This document shows positions 17,104 through 24,758 of a stretch of 64,000 nucleotides of DNA, in pieces. This stretch comes from an uncultured Candidatus Micrarchaeota archaeon (GTDB lineage: Archaea; Micrarchaeota; Micrarchaeia; Anstonellales; Bilamarchaeaceae): contig OY970229.1 in NCBI GenBank assembly GCA_963714085.1, positions 1,344,001 through 1,408,000 on the forward strand, in the 5' to 3' direction. Position 1 is the stretch's first letter. Each line of letters opens with the position of its first letter. Both the position numbers and the translations under genes were made by a program. The notes below the pieces were generated by a model. It did not search any database and was not told the DNA's origin. It saw nothing but the letters and a program-made list of their open reading frames with translations.

Positions 17104-18339
17104 CTAATTCTTGTATATCGGGAACTTCCCGCAGAGCTCCTCGACGTCCTTCCTGACTTTCAGCTTCAGCTCGCTGTCGTTCGGGTTCTCCAGCACCTTC
17201 ACGATCAGGGAGGCGACGTGCTTCATCTCGCCCTCCTTCATGCCGCGGGTGGTGAGCGCCGCGGAGCCGAACCTCATGCCGCTGGTCACGAACGGCTTCT
17301 GCTTGTCGAACGGGATCATGTTCCTGTTGGCTATTATGCCGGCCTCCTCCAGCGCGATCTGCGCCTCCTTGCCGGTTATCCCCTTGGGGGTGAGGTCCAC
17401 GAGTATCAGATGCGTCTCTGTCTTTCCCGCGACCAGCCGCACCCCGGAGGCGACCAGCTCGTCCGCGAGCACCTTCGCGTTCTTCACGACCTGCGCGGCG
17501 TATAATTTGAATTCGGGCTGCAGCGCCTCCTGGTAGCACACCGCCTTGCCCGCGATGACGTTCTCCAGCGGCCCGCCCTGCGTGCCGGGGAACACGGCCT
17601 TGTCCATTATCTGGGCGTTCCTCTCCGGGGCCATCATCATGGCGCCGCGCGGCCCGCGCAGCGTCTTGTGCGTGGTGGACGTTATTATGTCCGCATAGGG
17701 CACCGGGCTCGGGTACACCCCGCCTGCGACCAGGCCGGAGAAATGGCTGATGTCCGCCATGAGCACCGCGCCCACCGCGTCGCATACCTCGCGGAACGCC
17801 TTGAAGTCTATGATGAGCGGATAGGCGGTGTAGCCGCATATCACGAGCTTGGGCATCTCCTCCTTCGCCCTCTTCATTATGACATCGTAGTCCAATGCCT
17901 CGGTCTCGCGGTCGACCATGTAGGAGACTGGCTTGAACCATTTCCCGGAATAATTCACCGGCGAGCCGTGGGTGAGGTGCCCGCCCTGCGGCAGCTCCAG
18001 GCCCATGAACTTGTCCCCGGGCTGCAGGAACGCGTAGAACGCGGCTATATTCGCGCTCGCGCCTGAGTGCGGCTGGACATTGGCATGGTAGACTCCGAAG
18101 AGCTTCTTAGCGCGCTCTATCGCGAGGCTCTCCACCTCGTCGACGTATTTGTTGCCGGCGTAGTACCTCTTCCCGGGATAGCCCTCGGCGTACTTGTTGG
18201 TGAGCACGGACCCTGTCGCCTCCATGACTGCCTTGGAGGCGTAATTCTCGGACGCGATGAGCCTCAGAGTGGACTGCTGGTAAGAGAGCTCGTTTGAAAT
18301 CAGACCATAAATCTCGCTGTCCGTTTGTTTCAGAGACAT
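17104..18339 (-). CDS. glyA: Serine hydroxymethyltransferase
   Basis: LIASENY, NKYAEGYPGKRYY, GGHLTHG, STTHKTLRGPRG. Confidence 0.98.
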   Translation of the reverse strand: MSLKQTDSEIYGLISNELSYQQSTLRLIASENYASKAVMEATGSVLTNKYAEGYPGKRYYAGNKYVDEVESLAIERAKKLFGVYHANVQPHSGASANIAAFYAFLQPGDKFMGLELPQGGHLTHGSPVNYSGKWFKPVSYMVDRETEALDYDVIMKRAKEEMPKLVICGYTAYPLIIDFKAFREVCDAVGAVLMADISHFSGLVAGGVYPSPVPYADIITSTTHKTLRGPRGAMMMAPERNAQIMDKAVFPGTQGGPLENVIAGKAVCYQEALQPEFKLYAAQVVKNAKVLADELVASGVRLVAGKTETHLILVDLTPKGITGKEAQIALEEAGIIANRNMIPFDKQKPFVTSGMRFGSAALTTRGMKEGEMKHVASLIVKVLENPNDSELKLKVRKDVEELCGKFPIYKN

Positions 18340-18460
18340 AGTAACCCCACCAATCATTTCATGGCTGGCAAGAGTTAAAATACTTAGGTTGGGCGGGAAA
18401 GAGAAACGAAGCAAGGTTTATATTTTGAACATCGATACAAAAAGGCAGGCCGGATTTTAG

Positions 18461-18562
18461 GCCGAGGTCGCATAACCCGGTAGTGCGCACGCCTGGAACC
18501 TAAGCGTTCCGCTAGATAGCGTGTTCCCTCGTGGATTGGGTGTTCAAATCACCCCCTCGGCG
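18461..18562 (+). tRNA. tRNA-Ser(GGA) with 19-nt intron at 37/38 (18499-18517)
   Basis: GCCGAGG/CCTCGGC-G73, CACGC-CTGGAA|intron|A-GCGTG, long variable arm, T arm GGGTG-TTCAAAT-CACCC; CTGG/CTAG central helix with 3-nt bulge. Confidence 0.9.
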
Positions 18563-18581
18563 AACTTTCTAATAATCAGGA

Positions 18582-19151
18582 CTATTCCCGCGATGCCGCG
18601 TCAGCCCGCTTTTCGGTTCCTTGCAGGATGGACCACGAAGTTTCCACTGACTCGCGGACAAGGCCGCTGGCTTCGTTCATGGCCTGCTCGAAAGTGAGTT
18701 TGATCCTGAGCACCTTCCCAACCACCCCGGAAATCAAGGAGCACGCCAGGATTACGATTGCCGCCGCACCCATTATATCGACAGCCTCGTTCTGGTGGCT
18801 GCCTGCAGAGACCAATGCGTCCGCAAGCCTCGCAAAAATAAGGACCCCGCCGAACACTATCCCGGCATAGGTGAGCGACGTCTTCATCCCGTCAAACTCG
18901 TATCTGTTCTTCGCATCCCGTCTCTTCTGCTCGAATTCCCAGGCGAACGTGCCTTCCAGCTCCCTCACATTCCTCCCCAGCCAGGTTCCCCGCTCGCGCA
19001 CAAGCTCTGTTTCGTCCCTGTGCTTGAACCTGCGCAGTTCAGACCTCAGTATCTTGAGCCCGCTGGCGGTGTCCGGCATGGCGAGGTCTGCGGCCTTGAT
19101 TTCCGCCCTGCGCAGTTTCTTCACCAGCGCGGCTACCCTGGTCCCTGCCAT
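18582..19151 (-). CDS. Hypothetical 2-TM membrane protein
   Basis: Charged helical N-terminus followed by two TM helices. Confidence 0.7.
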   Translation of the reverse strand: MAGTRVAALVKKLRRAEIKAADLAMPDTASGLKILRSELRRFKHRDETELVRERGTWLGRNVRELEGTFAWEFEQKRRDAKNRYEFDGMKTSLTYAGIVFGGVLIFARLADALVSAGSHQNEAVDIMGAAAIVILACSLISGVVGKVLRIKLTFEQAMNEASGLVRESVETSWSILQGTEKRADAASRE

Positions 19152-19296
19152 TATTTAACTTTTGGAAAAACAATATAAAAATCCAACACCCTGGTCTATG
19201 TGGATAGCGGCATACCGCATCCGTGCCGCCCGCGGTTCCCCATAAGAAATATAAACCATTGCGGAGGATAGATGGTCAGGTGATTTTCTGGAATCC

Positions 19297-19920
19297 ATGC
19301 ACGTTCTCAGCGTTGTTTTCGCATTAGCGCTCGTCTTAGGCTGTGTTTCCCCGGTCGGTCCTATCCAAACCAACACAAGCGTAGCCAATACATCCACATG
19401 CAAGGTAGTGATCACGAACCAGCCCTACAACGCCACCGTGTGCGAGAACGTCTCCGGCATGCAGCAGGTGTGCAACACGGTCGTGCTGAACTATACCATG
19501 AGCAATATCAGCGTGGTCAATCTATGCCTGCAGAAGAACCTCTGCTCCCAGACTGGTTCGTCGGGCAGCGCCGGGAACTGCGTCGCCTACGAGTGCTCCA
19601 AGGGCCTGACGACATGCGCGGTCAACATCACGAACCTGGACGCGCAGAGCTCGGCCGTATGGTCCGTGGCCGCGACCTTCAAGGCGGATGGCACCACGTT
19701 CAGCGAGACCCCGATCAACCAGACCATCGCGCCGCTGCAGACATCCACATTCAAATTCCAGCGGACGTACAGCATGGACCTCAGCCAGCAGACGATGTCA
19801 TGCAACGTCACCATGGCCGCGCCACCCGCGGTCCAGCAATGCGGCTACATCACCACGCTCAAGGAGGTCTGCCACCAGGTGCCGTCCACCCAGGCGGTAC
19901 AGACACAGGTGTGCAGCTAG
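19297..19920 (+). CDS. Cys/Thr/Asn-rich secreted lipoprotein
   Basis: Lipobox-like LVLGC, ~13 Cys, many N-x-S/T sequons. Confidence 0.8.
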   Translation: MHVLSVVFALALVLGCVSPVGPIQTNTSVANTSTCKVVITNQPYNATVCENVSGMQQVCNTVVLNYTMSNISVVNLCLQKNLCSQTGSSGSAGNCVAYECSKGLTTCAVNITNLDAQSSAVWSVAATFKADGTTFSETPINQTIAPLQTSTFKFQRTYSMDLSQQTMSCNVTMAAPPAVQQCGYITTLKEVCHQVPSTQAVQTQVCS

Positions 19921-19938
19921 CGTTCCGTCCGCGGACCG

Positions 19939-21087
19939 GTGTTTAATTTGCCTTCCGAAGCAATCAGCGTCCATTTCGCGGAGATCGCCCTCAAGGGAAG
20001 GAACAGGTCCCAGTTCGAGAGCGCGCTTGTTGACAGCATACGGTCCCAGGTGGGCGGCGGGAAGATCTCACGGGCGGAAAGCAGGATAATGGTCTTCCCA
20101 GAGGGCGGCATGGAGGCCGCGCTCAAAAGCCTCTCGAAGGTCTTCGGCATCGCATGGTTCTCACAATCCTGCATCGCAGGCAGGGACGTGGATGGGATAA
20201 CCGCGCTCGTCCTGGAGCGCGCCGCGCCGTGGAAGGGGAAGCGCCTGCGCGTGGAGGCCAGCCGCTCGGACAAGTCCTTCGCGCTCACCTCGCCGGAGAT
20301 AAACCGCCAGGTTGGTAAGGCGCTGGAGCTGGCCGGCCACAACATCGATCTGAACACCCCCGAGCAGAAGATATACATAGAGATATTGAGGGACAGCGCG
20401 GTCATCTCTTTCGGCAGGACCCCGGGGCTCGGCGGCCTGCCGGTCGGAGTGTCCGGAAGGGTGCTCTCCATGCTCTCCGGCGGCATAGACTCCCCGGTCG
20501 CGTCCTGGCTCATGATGAAGCGCGGCTGCGCAGTGGATTTCCTGCACCTCCACGCCGGCAAGTCCGCCGACGAGGTGCGCGGCTCGAAGATGCCGAAGAT
20601 AATAAAGGTGCTCAAGCAGTACCATCCGCCCAGATGCAGGCTCTTCATCGCACCGTACACCGAATTCTACAAGCGCAGCCTGGCCGTGGACCCGAGGATG
20701 GAACTGGTGGTTTTCAGGAGGTTCCTGCTCAGGCTCGCCAGTAGAATAGCCGCTGAGAACGGCCATCTCGGGCTCGTGACCGGGGACAGCATAGGCCAGG
20801 TCGCGTCACAAACTCTCGATAACCTGCTTGCAGTGAACGAGGCCGCGTCGCTGCCGGTCTACCGCCCGCTCGCGACATACGACAAGCAGGAGATAGTCTC
20901 CCTGGCCAAGAGGGTCGGCACCTACGACCTCTCCATAGAGGATTACAAGGACTGCTGCTCGCTCGTGGCCGCGAAGCACCCCTCGACGAAAGTCAAGCCG
21001 GAGAAGGCGCGCGCTATAGAAAATGAGATAAACATACAAGATATAGTCGAGAAGACGCTCGCACAGACCGAAACGATCGAATTCTAG
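19939..21087 (+). CDS. thiI: tRNA 4-thiouridine synthase ThiI
   Basis: EIALKGRNR, THUMP domain, PP-loop LSGGIDSPV, GQVASQT. Confidence 0.96.
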   Translation: MFNLPSEAISVHFAEIALKGRNRSQFESALVDSIRSQVGGGKISRAESRIMVFPEGGMEAALKSLSKVFGIAWFSQSCIAGRDVDGITALVLERAAPWKGKRLRVEASRSDKSFALTSPEINRQVGKALELAGHNIDLNTPEQKIYIEILRDSAVISFGRTPGLGGLPVGVSGRVLSMLSGGIDSPVASWLMMKRGCAVDFLHLHAGKSADEVRGSKMPKIIKVLKQYHPPRCRLFIAPYTEFYKRSLAVDPRMELVVFRRFLLRLASRIAAENGHLGLVTGDSIGQVASQTLDNLLAVNEAASLPVYRPLATYDKQEIVSLAKRVGTYDLSIEDYKDCCSLVAAKHPSTKVKPEKARAIENEINIQDIVEKTLAQTETIEF

Positions 21088-21944
21088 AAGTGCACCCTTT
21101 CCGGCTTTATCACGATGCCCTTCTTCCGCTCCTTCAAGTCTTCAGAAGACATCCTGGCGATTCCGACGCCCACGAACTTCCCGCTCTCCGAATAGAGCGC
21201 GAGCTTCTGCCCCATGAGGGCGCTCTCCATGGAAACCATGGCCGGTGCGGCTATCTGCGCGCCCGCGCGTATGGACGCGACCGCCGAATCCTTTATCACG
21301 GCCTTGGGCAGGAAGATGAACTTTTGCGGCGGGCTGACGATTTTCTCCAGCGCAGAGCCATCCTTCCTGTTGCTGAGCAGCCACATGGCGTCCGTGAGCG
21401 TTTCCATGGTGGCCGCATCGGCTTCCTTGATCTCGCCCACCGCGGTGCGCCGGAGCTCCTCCATGCGCGCGCCTCCGCACTCCTTGCCGATGTCCTCGCA
21501 TAAAGTCCTTATGTAAGTGCCTGCGCCGACCTTGGCCTCGAAAAGCGCGAGCCGCGGGTTCTGCGCGCTCACCTCCAGCAATCTAAGTGAATAGACCGTC
21601 CGCTTCCTGGGCACCTTGCGCACGGCGCTTATCTTGGGCGGGGTCTGCACCAGCTCGCCGGTGAACTTCCTGAACAGCGCCTCTATCTGCGCCTGCGTCT
21701 GCACGTTCCTGAATTTTATTATGCCCACGTAGACCTTCGTCTCGCCGGCTATGTAGCGGAGGAGCTTCGTCGCCCTTCCCAGCGCCACGGGTAGCACCCC
21801 GGAGACCTCGGGGTCGAGGGTCCCGGCGTGGCCCGTCCTCTTGGCGCCCGTTATTCTCTTCACGAACGCGGATATCTCGTGGCTGGTGTGGCCCGGCGGC
21901 TTGTCGATCACCACAAGGCCGTCGTCCAGCAGTTCATGGGCCAT
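21084..21944 (-). CDS. cbf5: H/ACA pseudouridine synthase Cbf5
   Basis: IDKPPGHTSH, GHAGTLDP, GTYIRTLC, PUA domain. Confidence 0.96.
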   Translation of the reverse strand: MAHELLDDGLVVIDKPPGHTSHEISAFVKRITGAKRTGHAGTLDPEVSGVLPVALGRATKLLRYIAGETKVYVGIIKFRNVQTQAQIEALFRKFTGELVQTPPKISAVRKVPRKRTVYSLRLLEVSAQNPRLALFEAKVGAGTYIRTLCEDIGKECGGARMEELRRTAVGEIKEADAATMETLTDAMWLLSNRKDGSALEKIVSPPQKFIFLPKAVIKDSAVASIRAGAQIAAPAMVSMESALMGQKLALYSESGKFVGVGIARMSSEDLKERKKGIVIKPERVHF

Positions 21945-21953
21945 GAAAAAAAG

Positions 21954-22127
21954 TCACTCTTTTTTGCCGGTCGGCTCCAGGTGCCCGATCGACACCTTGC
22001 GCTCCTTGCCGCTTTTGAGCTTCACAAGCGCGAAATTGTCAGTGACCACCTTGGTCACCACGGCTTCCTCCCCCTTTCGCCTTCCCATCTTCAGTATGCA
22101 AACGCTGCCTTTCTCTATCGCTGCCAT
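21954..22127 (-). CDS. rpl14e: 50S ribosomal protein L14e
   Basis: MAAIEKGSVCILKMGRRKG..HLEPTG; cmk-L14e-cbf5 order. Confidence 0.88.
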   Translation of the reverse strand: MAAIEKGSVCILKMGRRKGEEAVVTKVVTDNFALVKLKSGKERKVSIGHLEPTGKKE

Positions 22128-22131
22128 TTCA

Positions 22132-22650
22132 TCACCGTTTTTTCTTGGTTTCAATCGCTTTCATGACTATCTCCGCAAGCTCCTCCGGGGTGTAGAGCCC
22201 GGAGTTCACGCAGATGTCGAATCCGCTATGGTCGTAGATGTCCACGCCGTAGAGCTTCAGGTAGCGCTTCTGGTTCGCGGCGTCCCTCTCCGCGATGTGC
22301 AGCCGCGCTTCTTTGAGTGTCACGCCGTCCCTCTTGGCCAGCCGCTCCGCGCGCACATCGTCCGGTGCGAACACCCAGACGCGGATGTTCGGGTTCACCA
22401 TCCACGGCCCGAGCCAGGTCGTCACTACGCAGTTGCCCTTGCCAGCCTCTTCCTTGAGCAGGGCGTCGAACTTCCGGTCTATGTCCGGGTCCTTCTCCGC
22501 CCTTTTCTGGAATTCCATCAGGGAAACCCCCTCCTTGGCGGCGAGGTCCTTGAACGTCGGGCACACGAGCCTGTAGCGGAGCTGCTCCGCCAGCACGCTG
22601 CCCAGCGTGTTCTTGCCGCTCCCAGCCAGGCCGGAGATCGAGATTATCAT
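22132..22650 (-). CDS. cmk: Cytidylate kinase (archaeal type)
   Basis: IISISGLAGSGK P-loop, DIDRKFD, RYLKLYGVD. Confidence 0.93.
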   Translation of the reverse strand: MIISISGLAGSGKNTLGSVLAEQLRYRLVCPTFKDLAAKEGVSLMEFQKRAEKDPDIDRKFDALLKEEAGKGNCVVTTWLGPWMVNPNIRVWVFAPDDVRAERLAKRDGVTLKEARLHIAERDAANQKRYLKLYGVDIYDHSGFDICVNSGLYTPEELAEIVMKAIETKKKR

Positions 22651-23444
22651 TTGGTCTCACCCTTTTTCTGCGTCATCATCGAGTATGCGATCGATATGAT
22701 CATGCCCCCTATCAGGGCCACGAATATGAACCACCAGTAGGGCTCGTGCAGCCGCTGGACGTTCACCAGCGGTATGGTGAAGGGCAGGTCCACGTAGAAC
22801 GAGGTTCCCATATTCAGCGTCACATTGACCCCGGTCGCGCCAGGTGGAGGCGTGACCATCACCTCCAACGTGTCTCCCGGGTAATATGTCTGCTTGTCCG
22901 TGGACACCGCCATGGGCTGGCCCTTTGGTGCAAGCAGGAACGTATCCGTGGTGTTGTCCACGTTGTACAGGAAATACGTGGAGTTGTCCGCTATATCCGC
23001 GCCCGCGTCGTACGCGGTCGCGCTCGCCACCCATTTGCCGTAAGTGGTGCTGTTGAGCATGTAGTACGCGGTGTACGTCCCGTTGCCGCTTCCGTTGAGG
23101 TGCGCCATGAGCGTGACGTCGTCCAGTTTCGCAGGGTCGTAGGCCGTTATCGCCCAGTTGACGAAGAAGAACACCACGAGTATCACTATCATGGGCTTGA
23201 ACTGCGACAAGAGCACCTTGTTCATCCTGGGGAAGAGCTCCATCTGCTCCTTCATCAGCCGCTCCGACTTCGCCTTGTCGTGGGCCTTCTCCGCAGCCTT
23301 GTACTCCTCGTTGAGGCGCTTGGACTCCGCCTGCACGGCGTCCATCTCCGCCTTGTTGATCAGCTTGAGCTGGATGAAGCGCGCGACGCCGGAGTAGATG
23401 ACTGCCAGTACCGCTAGTAATATCTCATAATTCTCAAAAGGCAT
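22647..23444 (-). CDS. DUF106/EMC3/TMCO1 (Oxa1 superfamily) protein with extracellular insertion
   Basis: TM1, coiled coil, QFKPMIVI TM2, C-terminal YWWFI TM3; position upstream of cmk. Confidence 0.85.
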   Translation of the reverse strand: MPFENYEILLAVLAVIYSGVARFIQLKLINKAEMDAVQAESKRLNEEYKAAEKAHDKAKSERLMKEQMELFPRMNKVLLSQFKPMIVILVVFFFVNWAITAYDPAKLDDVTLMAHLNGSGNGTYTAYYMLNSTTYGKWVASATAYDAGADIADNSTYFLYNVDNTTDTFLLAPKGQPMAVSTDKQTYYPGDTLEVMVTPPPGATGVNVTLNMGTSFYVDLPFTIPLVNVQRLHEPYWWFIFVALIGGMIISIAYSMMTQKKGETK

Positions 23445-23501
23445 GTTACCCTTATGAATCGGGAAAGATTAAATATTTGCGTATGAGACAGATACCATCA
23501 G

Positions 23502-24056
23502 ATGGCAGCCGAACTTGACGCCGAGACGAAGCTGAAGATATACATGCTCGTTGTGAACAGGTACAAGGACCTCATCAGCGAGAAGGAGGAGCGCTCGGTG
23601 TCCGAGATACGGCAGCGGGTCTCGCCCTACAACGACCTGGTGAAATCCCTGCGCGATCGGCTGCTCTCCGACTACCACCCCTACACCTACGAGCGCGACT
23701 TCATGCAGGCGGCACAGGGCGCGATAAGCCACGTCACGGAGATGAAGACATTCAGGATGCTCATACCTTTCTGGATGACCTTCGAGGAGATGGAAGAGCT
23801 CAAGGCAGGCGGGATCATGGACAAGGCGCTGCTGCTCACATCGCTGCTCCGCGCATTGGACAGCCGCGACGCCCGGGTGATGGTGACGCGCTCGGGCCGC
23901 GTGTTCGTGGGCTTCGAGTGGAAGGGCGCGAAGCACATGGTGGTCCCTGAATCCGGCTCCCTCCTGAGCGGCGATGACGCGGCGAGGCTCCTTGCCGGCG
24001 ACCCGCTCTCATACTCGTTCTCGGACCTCGCCTATGAGAATTACGATGAATCGTAA
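23502..24056 (+). CDS. Transglutaminase-like protein lacking catalytic Cys
   Basis: FW...E.....GGIMDKALLLTSLLRAL matches the GDCxDxAxLLxSLLRA pattern with Cys replaced by Ile. Confidence 0.65.
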   Translation: MAAELDAETKLKIYMLVVNRYKDLISEKEERSVSEIRQRVSPYNDLVKSLRDRLLSDYHPYTYERDFMQAAQGAISHVTEMKTFRMLIPFWMTFEEMEELKAGGIMDKALLLTSLLRALDSRDARVMVTRSGRVFVGFEWKGAKHMVVPESGSLLSGDDAARLLAGDPLSYSFSDLAYENYDES

Positions 24057-24149
24057 GTTGTTTCTTTTAGTGGTCTTTCGTAAGTATCACCTAAGCCTCC
24101 GGCCCTTTTAAAAGGGTTATGGTACAAAATAGATTTTACTGGTGATAAC

Positions 24150-24758
24150 TTGCAGGACGAAAGGGGGAAAGTGCTCGGATTCAGGCCACATGCTCCAGGG
24201 GCGCAAACCCCGGCACCCGTTAGGCTGCCGGAGCCCAGCGTGGACTCGAAGCGCGAACAGGTGCTTCCCATCGTAGGTGGCGTGATCAAGGGAGCCGAGA
24301 TCTACATGAAACGCGTGGCGCGCCAATGCGCCTGCTCCATGCTTAACCACGACCAGGCAGTATCTGAAATGGCGCGGGCAAAAGCCATATATGACATGGG
24401 GAAATTCTACGAATCCGCGCTTGGCGGGGTCGCGAAGAAAGTCCCCCATGCCCGGGACGCGGTGGTGGAGTCGGCAGAGGCCTTCGCAGACGCTGTGAAG
24501 GAGGGCAATTACCTGCCCGAATCGGTCCATGTGCCCAAGTTAAGCCACGAACTAGAGATCCTGCGCGTATGGGAGATGTACAACGGCTTCGTTCCGGAAA
24601 CCATGAGATCCGAAATTCCGGAAACCCGGGAAACGCCTCTGAGTATGCTTTCCGGTATAGGCGTGAGCGTGAAAGAGTTCGCATCTGTCTTCGCGGATGC
24701 CGAGCAGCTTCTCAGGTTCACTATGGAAGCCCTGACTCCCCCGCCGGTCATATCATAA
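24150..24758 (+). CDS. Hypothetical protein
   Basis: 202-aa ORF, GGTGA SD before TTG start. Confidence 0.65.
   Translation: MQDERGKVLGFRPHAPGAQTPAPVRLPEPSVDSKREQVLPIVGGVIKGAEIYMKRVARQCACSMLNHDQAVSEMARAKAIYDMGKFYESALGGVAKKVPHARDAVVESAEAFADAVKEGNYLPESVHVPKLSHELEILRVWEMYNGFVPETMRSEIPETRETPLSMLSGIGVSVKEFASVFADAEQLLRFTMEALTPPPVIS

Noticed and set aside
17026..17505. 159-aa + strand ORF starting MRPPGIEPGSPAWEA
   Set aside because: Antisense translation of tRNA-Gly and glyA
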